The position numbers were made by a program, and so were the translations under genes. Below the pieces are notes generated by a model. It worked only from the letters and a program-made list of their open reading frames with translations. It did no database searches and was not told where the DNA came from. Shown here in pieces: positions 50,042 to 60,900 of a DNA stretch of 64,000 nt. The stretch lies in assembly GCA_963663475.2 (NCBI GenBank), contig CAXXJV010000001.1, forward strand, positions 1,248,001-1,312,000. Direction: 5' to 3'. Each line of letters opens with the position of its first letter. Within the stretch, counting starts at the first letter, position 1. Origin of the DNA: Candidatus Cloacimonadales bacterium. GTDB lineage: Bacteria; Cloacimonadota; Cloacimonadia; Cloacimonadales; JAFGVF01.

Positions 50042-50617
50042 TCAGTTGATCCCGATTTTCTCGGAATAGGTAACATAATTTGCACTATTGTAGTTTAATA
50101 ATTCTTCAATACCATGAGAAATATAGGTATCAATTAATTCTACCATGTACTCATTTAGTTGGTTAATTTGTTTCATCTCCTGCTTGTCAAATTTATCAAG
50201 CACAAAGTCTCTCACATCTTTCGAATTAGGACGTCCAATTCCTATCCTAACTCTTCCATACTCATCACTATTTAGAGCATCTCTAATGGACTTTAATCCA
50301 TTATGCCCACCTGTACCACCTTTACCACGTATTCTTATCTTGCCAAAGGGTAAGTCTAAATCATCAACAATAACTAAAATTTCATTAATATTATTGAACT
50401 TAGTCATTGCACTCTGAATAGCAATACCACTTAGATTCATATAAGTAGTAGGTTTAATGATAATAGCATCAGAATATTTCGTAAAGTAATAATTCTTTGT
50501 CTTTGTAAAACTAAGATTATACTTTTTAGCAAAGTAGTCCACTGTAATAAAACCGATATTATGGCGGGTTTGAGAATATGACTTCCCAATATTACCTAAT
50601 CCCACAATCAACTTCAT
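50042..50617 (-). CDS. pth: Peptidyl-tRNA hydrolase
   Basis: VGLGN..Y..TRHNIGF, KPTTYMNLSG, GGHNGLKSI. Confidence 0.97.
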   Translation of the reverse strand: MKLIVGLGNIGKSYSQTRHNIGFITVDYFAKKYNLSFTKTKNYYFTKYSDAIIIKPTTYMNLSGIAIQSAMTKFNNINEILVIVDDLDLPFGKIRIRGKGGTGGHNGLKSIRDALNSDEYGRVRIGIGRPNSKDVRDFVLDKFDKQEMKQINQLNEYMVELIDTYISHGIEELLNYNSANYVTYSEKIGIN

Positions 50618-50619
50618 TA

Positions 50620-51231
50620 TTATTCAGCAGATTCCTCATTAGCAGCAGCTTCTTCTTGACCTTCTTCCACTTCCTCAGTTACTTTACTCTTATCATGAAC
50701 TACGATAATAGTAACGTCATCAGAATCTTTGATTTTTACATTAGGAATTACGATATCCTTAATGTGTAAAGAATCTCCGATTTCTAATCCTGAGATATCA
50801 ACCTGAACATCTTCAGGAATGTCTTTAGGTAAACATGCAATAGAAAGATTTCTAACGATGATATCAACAATACCACCCATCTTTGCACCTGCAGGTTCGC
50901 CAACATATTTGATAGGAAGAGATAAAGAAACTTCATGGCCTGGATTGAGAAGTAAGAAGTCAACATGTAAAATGTCACGTCTTACAGGGTGAATTTGCTT
51001 GTCTTTAAGAATGCAACGATGTTCTTTACCATCGATAACAATATTAAATACCGCTAATTCGCCAATACTCTTTTTGTAGGCTTTCATAAAATCAGGAGCA
51101 TTAAATTGGATTGGTAAACCCTCTTCTCCTTGACCATACATAATACCAGGAATATTGAATCCCTTTCTTAAGTCTTTACGGTCTGATTTTTTGCCTAGTG
51201 TTCTTTTTCCAGCTTCGATTTTGATAACCAT
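50620..51231 (-). CDS. rplY: 50S ribosomal protein L25/Ctc
   Basis: IPGIMYG, QIHPVRRDILHVDF, IPEDVQVDIS. Confidence 0.96.
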   Translation of the reverse strand: MVIKIEAGKRTLGKKSDRKDLRKGFNIPGIMYGQGEEGLPIQFNAPDFMKAYKKSIGELAVFNIVIDGKEHRCILKDKQIHPVRRDILHVDFLLLNPGHEVSLSLPIKYVGEPAGAKMGGIVDIIVRNLSIACLPKDIPEDVQVDISGLEIGDSLHIKDIVIPNVKIKDSDDVTIIVVHDKSKVTEEVEEGQEEAAANEESAE

Positions 51232-51255
51232 TGTTCCTCCACATTCGTTTCTGTT

Positions 51256-52203
51256 CTATCTAAAAAGAATACTTAATGATTCTTCAATATGTATTTTCTT
51301 AATTGCTATTGCTAACATTTCAGCAATAGATAACTGTTCAACTTTTGAACAGGCTCTTTTTGTCTCGTCTAAAGGCACTGTATTAGTAATAAATAATTTC
51401 TCAATAGGTGAGTCTTCTAATCTCTGGATTGCAGGACCAGAAAGAATACCATGTGAGCAGGCAGCAAAAATTCTAGTTGCTCCATTCTTTTGCAAAGCAT
51501 GAGCAACTTTTGTTAAACTACCACCTGTATCAATAATGTCGTCAAATAAGATAGCTGTCTTTCCTTCAACATTACCAATAATATTTAATAATTCTGCTGA
51601 ATCATTGTTGCCACTTCTTCTTTTATCACCAATAGCTAAATCACACTTTAACCTTTGAGCAAAAGCCCTAGCTCGATTAGCTCCACCTGAATCAGGAGAA
51701 ACAACCACAAGCTCGTTAGGATCTGCTATAGACTTAAAATGTCTAGCAAAGGTTGTCATAGAAAAAAGGTGGTCAACTGGGATGTTAAAGAATCCTTGAA
51801 TTTGATCTGCGTGCAAATCAATTGTGATGATTCTATGAGCTCCAGCTACTGTAAGTAAATCTGCTACTAATTTAGCTGTAACAGGCACTCTTGGTTGATC
51901 TTTTTTATCTGAGCGAGCATAGCCATAATAAGGAATTACACAAGTAATTCTTTGGGCTGAAGCTCTTTTAAAAGCATCAATCATGACTAATAATTCAACT
52001 AAGTTATCGTTAACTGGATAACAAGTTGGTTGAATTATAAAGACATCTGCACCTCTTACATTATCATTAATCTTAACAAAAGATTCATCATTAGCAAATT
52101 TAAAAACTTCTACATCTCCTAAGGGTATCCCGGCAAAATCAGCTACCTCTTTTGCTAATGGACGGTTTGCGTTTCCTGAAAATATCTTTAATCTTGAAAA
52201 CAT
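51256..52203 (-). CDS. prs: Ribose-phosphate pyrophosphokinase
   Basis: PYYGYARSDK, DLHADQIQGFF, VSPDSGG, DDIIDTGG; start trimmed to MFSRLKIFSG. Confidence 0.97.
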   Translation of the reverse strand: MFSRLKIFSGNANRPLAKEVADFAGIPLGDVEVFKFANDESFVKINDNVRGADVFIIQPTCYPVNDNLVELLVMIDAFKRASAQRITCVIPYYGYARSDKKDQPRVPVTAKLVADLLTVAGAHRIITIDLHADQIQGFFNIPVDHLFSMTTFARHFKSIADPNELVVVSPDSGGANRARAFAQRLKCDLAIGDKRRSGNNDSAELLNIIGNVEGKTAILFDDIIDTGGSLTKVAHALQKNGATRIFAACSHGILSGPAIQRLEDSPIEKLFITNTVPLDETKRACSKVEQLSIAEMLAIAIKKIHIEESLSILFR

Positions 52204-52217
52204 TTTTAACTTCCCAT

Positions 52218-53057
52218 TTATATTGTTTTTGTAATTTTCGTCCAATATCCTTGTTTTGTAAAATAATCATAAGATTGATTTAAAAGTTCAGCTGATGTAT
52301 ATATCCCATAACAGGTTGAACCTGAACCAGACATTTGGGCTTTGACAGCTCCTTTATCTTTTAGTTCATCTATTATTCTTCCAATTTCAGGATATTTAAT
52401 AATAATACCAGTTTGTAAGTCGTTAAATATTAGTTTTAAGTCTCTTGTTTCTAAAAATTTATTAAAATTATTATTTATTTTTCTTGTTTTAATTTCTTCA
52501 TAAGCTTCTTTACTAGAAATACCAAATTGAGGTTTTACTAAGAGAATATAATTTATCTGAATAGGATCAATTCTTTCAATAATTTCACCCCTATTGGAAC
52601 CGCAAGCAGATCCACCTTCTAGAAAGAAGTTTATATCACTTCCAAATTTTGCAGCAAGGCTATGCATGTCAGACTTAGTCATATTTAATGACCATAAGCT
52701 GTTTAAGGCTTTAATAGCATTGGCTGCGTTACTAGATCCTCCGCCTAAACCAGCAGCTAGAGGAATCTCTTTATTTAACTCAATTTTTACACCACTATTA
52801 ACACTATATTTATCTTTCAAATAAGTTGCAACTTTATGAATTAGATTCTTTTCTCCACAAAGTTGGTCTATATTTGACCAAACTTCAATTTCCTTACTTT
52901 TTGTCAAAGAATATTTTAGATTATCATGTAAATCAATCTCGCTGAATAGTGTTCTTATTTTATTATAGCCACTATTCAGCAGAGATTCAACATTTAATAC
53001 TAGGTTAATTTTTGCGTAAGAAAGAGAAAATATTTCTTGATTTTTTCTTATGTTCAT
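52218..53057 (-). CDS. ispE: 4-diphosphocytidyl-2-C-methyl-D-erythritol kinase
   Basis: AKINL, IPLAAGLGGGSSNAA, GSDI, MSGSGST; start uncertain, overlaps the wzc 3' end. Confidence 0.93.
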   Translation of the reverse strand: MNIRKNQEIFSLSYAKINLVLNVESLLNSGYNKIRTLFSEIDLHDNLKYSLTKSKEIEVWSNIDQLCGEKNLIHKVATYLKDKYSVNSGVKIELNKEIPLAAGLGGGSSNAANAIKALNSLWSLNMTKSDMHSLAAKFGSDINFFLEGGSACGSNRGEIIERIDPIQINYILLVKPQFGISSKEAYEEIKTRKINNNFNKFLETRDLKLIFNDLQTGIIIKYPEIGRIIDELKDKGAVKAQMSGSGSTCYGIYTSAELLNQSYDYFTKQGYWTKITKTI

Positions 53058-55509
53058 TTTGACCATAATAATAGTAATAGTAATAATAGTAATATTTATG
53101 TCTGTTATAGTACTTTTGTACTTTGATACCATTGACAATAAATCCATCTACTTTTTTATCTACATTAGCAAGTATTTCATTAGCTCTGGTTAAGACAGCT
53201 TTTTCTGTGAAAGCAACTCTTAAAACAAGTAATAATTTATCAACTTTTTTAGACATAATAATAGCATCAGTAACAGCAATTACAGGAGGTGAATCAAATA
53301 TAACATAATCATAGATGCTTTCTAATTCACGAATAAACTGATCCATACGTTCAGAAGATAAAAGCTCTGAAGGGTTTGGTGGAATAAATCCTGAAGTAAC
53401 AACATCAAGGTTAGGAATTCCAGATTTTTTAACTACATCTTCAACTAGTAAGGTATCATCAATCAAATAATCACTTGAACCATTATCCTTTTTTAAACCA
53501 AACTTTGTATGGATAGTTGGTCTTCTCATATCAATATCTACAATAACAACCTTATTGTTCATCTGAGCAAGTGTGATAGCAAGGTTTGAAGAGGTAGTTG
53601 ATTTACCTTCTTTAGGTGCAGATGAAGTAACTAAGATACTCATAGAACCAGGTTGCTTATTGGCAATAATATTTGTTCTTAATGAACGATAAGATTCTGC
53701 TATAGGTGATTTAGGTGAGTAATGGGATATTAGCTGGCCAGTTATGTGAGTAAGTGATTGCTGAAGCTTTGGCCTCTGTTCAGCAGAAGACTGGCTAATC
53801 ATATTATTCAATTCATCTAGTTCACCACTGGGTAGATCTATAAGCGGGATAGTACCGTAGATTGGACTATTGACTTGATTTTCAATATCTTCAACAGTTC
53901 TGAGTTTAGTATCTAAAGAATGAGCTAAGAAGGCTGAACCGATACCAAGTCCTAAACCAAGAATTACACCTATAAGATAATTCATCATTTTTTTAGGTTT
54001 AATTGGCTTGTTAGGAACTCCTGCTACTTCTAGGATTCGAACGTTACCTATTTGAGAAATTTCAGCAATCTTTGCATCTTCATATTTTTCAGTAATGATA
54101 GTATGAATCTTTTCATTGAAAAGCTTATCTCTAGTCAATTTTGAAAGTTCTAGCTCTTGGTCAGGAAGTCTATCCATTTCTTCTTGATAATACTGAACAG
54201 TTTCTCTTAAACCAACTAGTTTAGATGAAACTATTTCGTATTCACTTTCAACATTAGCTAATCTTTCAATTAGTTGTGACCTATATGAGAAAGGATCTTG
54301 CAAAGTATTTACTCTTACAGTCTCTGTAATTTTAGCTTTAAGTTCTCTTTTTAAATTGGAGAGCTCTTCATTTAAATTTACCAGTTCAGGATGGTCTTCT
54401 TGATAATTAGATTTAGATGATAGAACAATTAAGTATCTCTCTTTAGTAACAATTTCAGATATCAAGTTATTAATTAATGAATTGTTTAAAATATTATCTA
54501 TAGAAACAGTATCTCTTACACTAGCTTGAGGCTCATCATACCCAGCAATTAAGAAATCTTCATCTACTTCTTCTCCAAAGAGATTCTGGGCTTTTGCCTC
54601 TTCAAGTTGATCTTCATTACTTTTCTTAGCAGAAGAATCTTGATAGGCTCTAGTTAAGTCTCTGTCTTTAATATATAAATCATTAAGAATGATATTTTGA
54701 TTAGTTATCTTACGTTGAAGTATCTGAATTTCAGTGGCTTTAAGTAATGAATCGGTCATAGCTGTATGCATATCTGCTTCAAAAGTACCAGCCTGTTCAA
54801 CAAGTTTTTGTGAAGCAGGGGAAAGCTCAGATATTTGATTAGCTTTTTTAAAGTCTCGTAACTGTTGTTCTGAATTCTCTAAGAAAGATTTTGTTTCCTT
54901 AACTCTTTCTTCCAAGAACTCTCTTATCTGGGTAAATTCTAATCTAGCATAACGTGTTGTTTCTTCTTGGAAAGCAATTTCCAATGCATTTATAGCTTCA
55001 GCACATTCAGCAGGAGATTCAGATTCATAACTTAAAGTAAGGACATCTGTTTCCCTGATTGATTCAATTTTAAATCTTCCTTTCATCGCTCCTGCAATTG
55101 ATCTAATATATCTATCGTATAAGGGACTCGATTTGGCAATATTAGAAGAAGGTAAGGAGAATTGGTTGAAGTTATTTGACTGAACAAGTTTTTGGGCAGC
55201 ACTAACCATAACTGGTGTACTCTGTATAATTTGAATATTATTATTTAAGCTTGTTTTATTGTTTCCCATAGATCCTAGCATTAGGAGCTCAGAACCACCC
55301 TTATTTTCTTCTAAGAGAATTTTACCACCAGCTGAATAAATTCTTGGTTGTTTGGAAGTGTAGTAGTAGGAACCAATGGCAACAATGGCAAAAATAAAGA
55401 ATACTAAGAACTTGAATCTATAGATTATTGCCAAATAATCAGATATTTTAATTTCATCTTCAAAGATGTTACCGCTTTTTTGTTGATAGTTTGAGTTATT
55501 ATTATCCAT
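53005..55509 (-). CDS. wzc: Wzc-like polysaccharide co-polymerase / BY tyrosine autokinase
   Basis: 2 TM plus coiled coil; ESYRSLRTN, APKEGKST, DIDMRRP, IFDSPP; C-terminal Tyr cluster. Confidence 0.93.
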   Translation of the reverse strand: MDNNNSNYQQKSGNIFEDEIKISDYLAIIYRFKFLVFFIFAIVAIGSYYYTSKQPRIYSAGGKILLEENKGGSELLMLGSMGNNKTSLNNNIQIIQSTPVMVSAAQKLVQSNNFNQFSLPSSNIAKSSPLYDRYIRSIAGAMKGRFKIESIRETDVLTLSYESESPAECAEAINALEIAFQEETTRYARLEFTQIREFLEERVKETKSFLENSEQQLRDFKKANQISELSPASQKLVEQAGTFEADMHTAMTDSLLKATEIQILQRKITNQNIILNDLYIKDRDLTRAYQDSSAKKSNEDQLEEAKAQNLFGEEVDEDFLIAGYDEPQASVRDTVSIDNILNNSLINNLISEIVTKERYLIVLSSKSNYQEDHPELVNLNEELSNLKRELKAKITETVRVNTLQDPFSYRSQLIERLANVESEYEIVSSKLVGLRETVQYYQEEMDRLPDQELELSKLTRDKLFNEKIHTIITEKYEDAKIAEISQIGNVRILEVAGVPNKPIKPKKMMNYLIGVILGLGLGIGSAFLAHSLDTKLRTVEDIENQVNSPIYGTIPLIDLPSGELDELNNMISQSSAEQRPKLQQSLTHITGQLISHYSPKSPIAESYRSLRTNIIANKQPGSMSILVTSSAPKEGKSTTSSNLAITLAQMNNKVVIVDIDMRRPTIHTKFGLKKDNGSSDYLIDDTLLVEDVVKKSGIPNLDVVTSGFIPPNPSELLSSERMDQFIRELESIYDYVIFDSPPVIAVTDAIIMSKKVDKLLLVLRVAFTEKAVLTRANEILANVDKKVDGFIVNGIKVQKYYNRHKYYYYYYYYYYGQNEHKKKSRNIFSFLRKN

Positions 55510-55519
55510 GAATCCTCTC

Positions 55520-55999
55520 TTATAGTTTTAGAATTGTGATATAGACTGATAAGATGATACCTATTTCAGACATAAATTTAACAAAGTCTTTAAATTTACG
55601 ATAGAAGGTACCTCTTACAATTACAGTGTCACCAGGTTTTAGGGTAACATTATACTCTTTATCGCCACTATTAAGATAAGATTCTAAATCAATTGATATA
55701 GTTTCTTCTTGTTCTCCATAAGAGCGAACAATTCTAATATCTTGAAGGCGAGCATCATCAGATGGCCCCCCAGCCAAAGCTATTAAAGTTAAAATATCAG
55801 TATTATCCGGTACTAGATATAGGCCCGGACTCTTAACTTCGCCCCAAATGTAGGCATTGATTTTAAGCTGTTCTTGGTCTCCTCTGGCACCAGAAAATGA
55901 GTATGCTGATGCATTGTTAATACCAGAAGAAACAGTGTCTTGTGCAGCAATAGATAAACTAAACAAGACCAAAGTAATTATAATTAATAATCGTCTCAC
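55520..55999 (-). CDS. SLBB-domain (Wza-like) polysaccharide export protein
   Basis: IWGEVKSPGLY, LIALAGG, LKPGDTVIV. Confidence 0.85.
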   Translation of the reverse strand: MRRLLIIITLVLFSLSIAAQDTVSSGINNASAYSFSGARGDQEQLKINAYIWGEVKSPGLYLVPDNTDILTLIALAGGPSDDARLQDIRIVRSYGEQEETISIDLESYLNSGDKEYNVTLKPGDTVIVRGTFYRKFKDFVKFMSEIGIILSVYITILKL

Positions 56000-56067
56000 A
56001 AGAGCCCCTTTATATGTTTTTTTACAATTAATTATTAAATCTAATATAAGTCAAGATTATTCTTGCT

Positions 56068-56901
56068 TCAATCTCTATTTATTAGGAATGAACTAATTTC
56101 AGATTCTGAGCCATAATAGAAGCTTCTATTCTCATCTGAATCACCATAATAAAAATCATCTAATTCGTAATCATACTTGAATACATCAACTCGCCAGTAA
56201 TATTCTCCATCAGCAAGTTGTCCTCCATTATAGTTAGCAGAAGAATCATCTTGTAAGTTTTCATCAGGGGCATCTATAAGAATATCCTTAAACCAGATGA
56301 GGCCAGATTCATTACTGTATAATAAAACACGATAAAAGTCGTAATTATTCGAATCATTCCAGTCAAAGACAAGATTTGATGAGCTAGTTAGGGTTTGACC
56401 GTTGAAGGGTGAGATAGGGTAGACCTTTTCTGCTAGCCTGTAGTGAACAGTATCTGAACGAGTTGAATTACCAGCTCTATCAAAAACGTCTATAAAGAAA
56501 GAAAATTTGTTCTCATGAAGATAATCAGCTGATATGCTATTATCAATATAAGTATTATTTTCAGCAGTAATAGAATCCACCAGCACTATGTTATCAATAT
56601 CATTATTCATATAACGGTGAATAATAATTTTTTCTAAGTCATTATCATAGATAAGTGGTTCCCACATTAGGCGGAAACCTCTATTTCCACTGTCTGCATC
56701 AATACCATTGTTATCATCATCTAGAAAAATCTCATCATTATTATAGCTAATAGTACCGTCACCTGTATCTCCTAAATGGGGAACAAGTATAGGTTTGGTG
56801 GGTGCTATAGTATCTTTTTCTATTTCATCATCCCCGCTACATCCAAGCATACTAATAGCAAGTGCTAGAAGTAATCCTAGTAGTAAAAACTCTCTTCTCA
56901 T
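56068..56901 (-). CDS. Hypothetical lipoprotein with Fn3-like domains
   Basis: MLGC lipobox; DRAGN, YYWRV motifs. Confidence 0.8.
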   Translation of the reverse strand: MRREFLLLGLLLALAISMLGCSGDDEIEKDTIAPTKPILVPHLGDTGDGTISYNNDEIFLDDDNNGIDADSGNRGFRLMWEPLIYDNDLEKIIIHRYMNNDIDNIVLVDSITAENNTYIDNSISADYLHENKFSFFIDVFDRAGNSTRSDTVHYRLAEKVYPISPFNGQTLTSSSNLVFDWNDSNNYDFYRVLLYSNESGLIWFKDILIDAPDENLQDDSSANYNGGQLADGEYYWRVDVFKYDYELDDFYYGDSDENRSFYYGSESEISSFLINRD

Positions 56902-56910
56902 ATATTTCTC

Positions 56911-57918
56911 CTAAAAAGTAAAGCTTAGTCCGATTCTGTTAGTATTGCCTAAGTTATTAGTAACAAAGGCATAATCAATATTAAAGTTATAAATGCTAAG
57001 ACCTAGACCTGTTGAGTAGTCTCCTTGAGTATATCCAGCTCGGACAGCTACTCTGTTATCGTAGTTAAATTCTCCACCAAAGTGGACTGGTTCGTCATAG
57101 ACATAATCTTGGTCAATAGCAAGAATTAAGTTTGAATTAATAAAAGGAAGGGGTTGCTCAATAGCTACACCCATTTTAGTATTCATAAGAATTTGGTCAA
57201 CACGGTCTGAACGAGAATCCCATTTGATATCAGTATCACCAAGGTCCATAAAGTTAATTCCGTATTTAATCTTTCCTAGATAATCTCTATTGAAGACATA
57301 AGACATGTCTGTAGAAGCTAAGAGTGATAAGTCAAAGCCAGTACCAGTACCCATGTTTTTATATAGTTTTCTTCTAATAAACTTAAGATTACCACCTGCA
57401 TATAGGTCAATTGGCATTTCAAAGAACTTCCAACCTAGGTCAATATCAAAGTGAATATGCTTACTAAATCCTAACTGAAAGAGGTCATCTGTACTTTTAA
57501 AAGTACTAGAAGCCTGTCCTGGTAAATGCAAAGCAGGATTTGCTACTCTTTGGTCAACATTACTTCCCACAAGATATTCTTCTGAAAAATAAGGAATCTC
57601 ATCAATAGTCAAACGGGTCCAGTTAATACCAATAGTAGCATTGTTAGGTAGGGGTTGGCAAAAGACAACATTATCATAACTAGCAATATTATCATAAAGA
57701 AAAGCATGCATAGCAAAGATTTGTCCCTGCTTTATCTGACCAATTCCAGCAGTATTCCAGTAGATAGCATTAGCATCATCAGCAATAGCACTGTAGGCTC
57801 TACCCATAGAAATAGCTCTAACTCCACCACCAATAGCTAAAAAATCACCAGCATATCTTCCTGCAAAGAGATTGATTGCTACTAGAACTATGATTATTGT
57901 TATATATAATTTTTTCAT
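56911..57918 (-). CDS. PorV/PorQ-family outer-membrane beta-barrel
   Basis: FLAIGGGVRAISMG.AYSAIADDANAIYWN.AG; C-terminal aromatic (SFTF). Confidence 0.85.
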   Translation of the reverse strand: MKKLYITIIIVLVAINLFAGRYAGDFLAIGGGVRAISMGRAYSAIADDANAIYWNTAGIGQIKQGQIFAMHAFLYDNIASYDNVVFCQPLPNNATIGINWTRLTIDEIPYFSEEYLVGSNVDQRVANPALHLPGQASSTFKSTDDLFQLGFSKHIHFDIDLGWKFFEMPIDLYAGGNLKFIRRKLYKNMGTGTGFDLSLLASTDMSYVFNRDYLGKIKYGINFMDLGDTDIKWDSRSDRVDQILMNTKMGVAIEQPLPFINSNLILAIDQDYVYDEPVHFGGEFNYDNRVAVRAGYTQGDYSTGLGLSIYNFNIDYAFVTNNLGNTNRIGLSFTF

Positions 57919-57926
57919 TTCTGCTC

Positions 57927-60900
57927 CTATTTGATGATTGCCATTTTCTGGATTTTCTCAACTTTCTTACTGCCTCTTTTGGCTATTACTTTATAGAAAT
58001 AAACTCCGTTTGCTAGGTCGAAACCAGCTTTATCTTTACAGTTCCATCCGTAAACACTTCTCGGATATTCATGATATCCTACAGAGGTTGGTAGGTTATT
58101 AAACTCCATTACCTTTCTTCCAGAAACACTATAGACAATAATATCAACATTATCAGCATCATCTGTCAGGGTGTAAGTAAAACGAGTTCTTCCATCATTC
58201 TCAGGTTCTCTTGCCTGAGCAACAACGGGGTTAGGATAGTTAGCAATATTAATAATATCAAAGGTAGTATTAACCTTAAAAGTAACATCAAGAGAGTTAA
58301 AATTACCACTAACATCTGTACAGTCAACAACTAGAGTATATTCTCCTCTAGGTAGATCTAGATGATATTTGATAGGAATGTTATTAATATTATTATCGTT
58401 CTGGGTAATTATTAAATCTTCTTCCTCTACTTGCTGTCCATTCAAATATAAGGCAAATCTATTTTCATCAACATCAATACCATTAGCATCAGATAAGACT
58501 AATGAGATTGTACCTTTACCTGAAATATATCCACCTTGGGTAAATTCTTGTTCTTGGACATTTGGGTCTATTTGAGGTAAAATATCATCTTTATTTCTAA
58601 GGATAGTGAACTTTCCTAACTTACTAACTCTTCCTCTAATAGTGCCATCATCTGTAGAAGTAAATCCACCTTGGTGAATCCACTTTTGATATCTATCTTC
58701 CCATCTAAAGAGTTTTATCTGATTATTATTGGCATAATAGTTAGTTAGAGAGTCTAGTTTAGCATACTTAATTTTAAGATCTAGTTCTCCATTAAGTAAT
58801 AGTCCAGTGGAATCAGCAATTTCACTATTTAGGCATGAGATGTCATAGACTCTTGATTCATGTCCTGAATCTACAAAAACAGTTTGCACATCAGGTTGTT
58901 GATAAGGTGATAGATAGTCAGTATGAGTAATATTATAGAGCATTTCAGTATTGCTGTAGCCAGCAGGTATTACTAGCTCAGTAGTTTTATCTGGACTTGT
59001 AACTTGTCCACCAAGATTACCAATTACTTGGTAATTCATAATATTTTCTATAGTATGGGTATTATTTGTCTGAGTAATTTCACTAAAGCTATTAGGATAG
59101 TTTATCCGTAAAGTGAAACGATAATTTCCAGCAGTATAATCCTCAATTGGTATTAGCAGTTGAGTCTCATCATTCATTGCAAGACCAGGAAGAATATTTT
59201 CGTATATCTGAATATTGTTAGATGATTCTAAATCAAGTCTGTCTAACTGGTAATTTGCTTCTTGAGAGTCATAATTACCTCTATTTTTTATGATATATTT
59301 TAAAGTTGGTATTCCTGACATATTAATTAACTCACCTGAAATTACTGCTAAATCAGGTCCTAAGACAATGTAATTATGTTGATTTGATGTTATCATTTCT
59401 TGGTCGCTTGTAAGTACTTGGATAGTATAGGTAATTTCTCTATCTGCACTATGCTGAGGAATTGCTAGACTACTAATATATTGATTCTCACTACCTGCTA
59501 CTAATTCCATTGGAATGCTAGTCCTATTTTTACTAGATGCAGAACTATAATCTAAAGTTACACTTTCTATCTCATTTTCAGTGATAATATTACAACTTAC
59601 CCTAACAGAATCAAAAACGCTTGGTTGAGCTGGTGAATGACTTATGTTGGCAAAATTAGAGTCACCAACACCCACTGTTTTTTCTCCGAAATATACAGCT
59701 TGTGAATCAAAACTCTCTACTCTTATTCGGTAAAACTGACCTTGGTCTGCTTCCTCTGGAATAAGATGTGTATGGTTATACTGGCCAGCAATAACTGGTA
59801 GATAATAGGCAATATTCTGGATTAAACCATCTTTATCTATCACATATAGCTTAGCTTTTTCCAAGCCTGGTATATCAGTGTTCATGCTTACCCGAATAGT
59901 ATCTCCAGGAGCATAGATTTCTTTATCAGTTGTTACTTCAAGTCTTTTCTTAGGTTTATGGATTGGAATATTAGGATCACCTATTAAGACGCAACCTGCA
60001 GTTAGAGCTACCCTTGCAGAACCACTAGCTTTAACATAGAATTTTGCTTTAGTATAATTTAAAACATCTCCTAGGTTATCTAATTCTGTCCTAAAATAAC
60101 CATCTGCTAAAGCTGTGCCAAAGATTAAGTCCTGATTAAGATAACCTAAACCAGAAAAACCAACAGTAGCAATAGCTCCTTTCCCAGGTTCTGATACGAA
60201 AGCTTCACTAATACAAGAAGCACCAGGGTAGTCAAAAGAAGAAGCATAACAGGCTAGACTAGAAACAAAAGGATAGTAATCATTATTTAAAGTTCTGATA
60301 TCATTAAAGTTTAGAAGATTATAGTCGGCCCAGATTCTACCACCACCATGTCCCATAAACTGCAAGAAATTAGTTCCTTGGTCAATATTATCCTTAAGCC
60401 TGAAAGTTGAACCATAATAGTTTGGATTAACAGTTTGGGTGGTTGTATATACTCTAGAAACACGGTAATCATTATTGATCATTCTTCTCCGGATAATTTC
60501 TTCCTGTTGGGAGAAAATATCATTACCATCATCTATTTTTCCACCTGCAGTTAAGGTAACATGTGCAGATCCCAAACTTTCATAATCTGTTTCTTTTATA
60601 TGAGAGTAGCTTTTTTGAGCAATATCACTAATCTGTTCAGCTTCCCAAACATTGATTCGAGATACAGCTATCTCAGCTATATGATCATCTCCTATTATAC
60701 AACCATACCAGTTGTCACTTGGAGTTACCCCATGTTTCCATGTCCAGATTTTTCTATAAGGAATAACATTATAAACTGCTGTTGGGGAATTGTCTGTAGT
60801 ATTATAAGTTGCGTCTCCAGCTAAAAGAACAGATCTTAATCTGGGATTAGACCAATTGTGATAGGCATAAGAAAGGAAATCTTTAATTGCATCAGCTGAG

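Noticed and set aside
52204-52217. tRNA-Gln often found between ispE and prs
   Set aside because: The gap is only 14 bp
53058-53147. IspE N-terminal extension (ITIITITII)
   Set aside because: Alternative frame of the wzc Tyr-cluster codons
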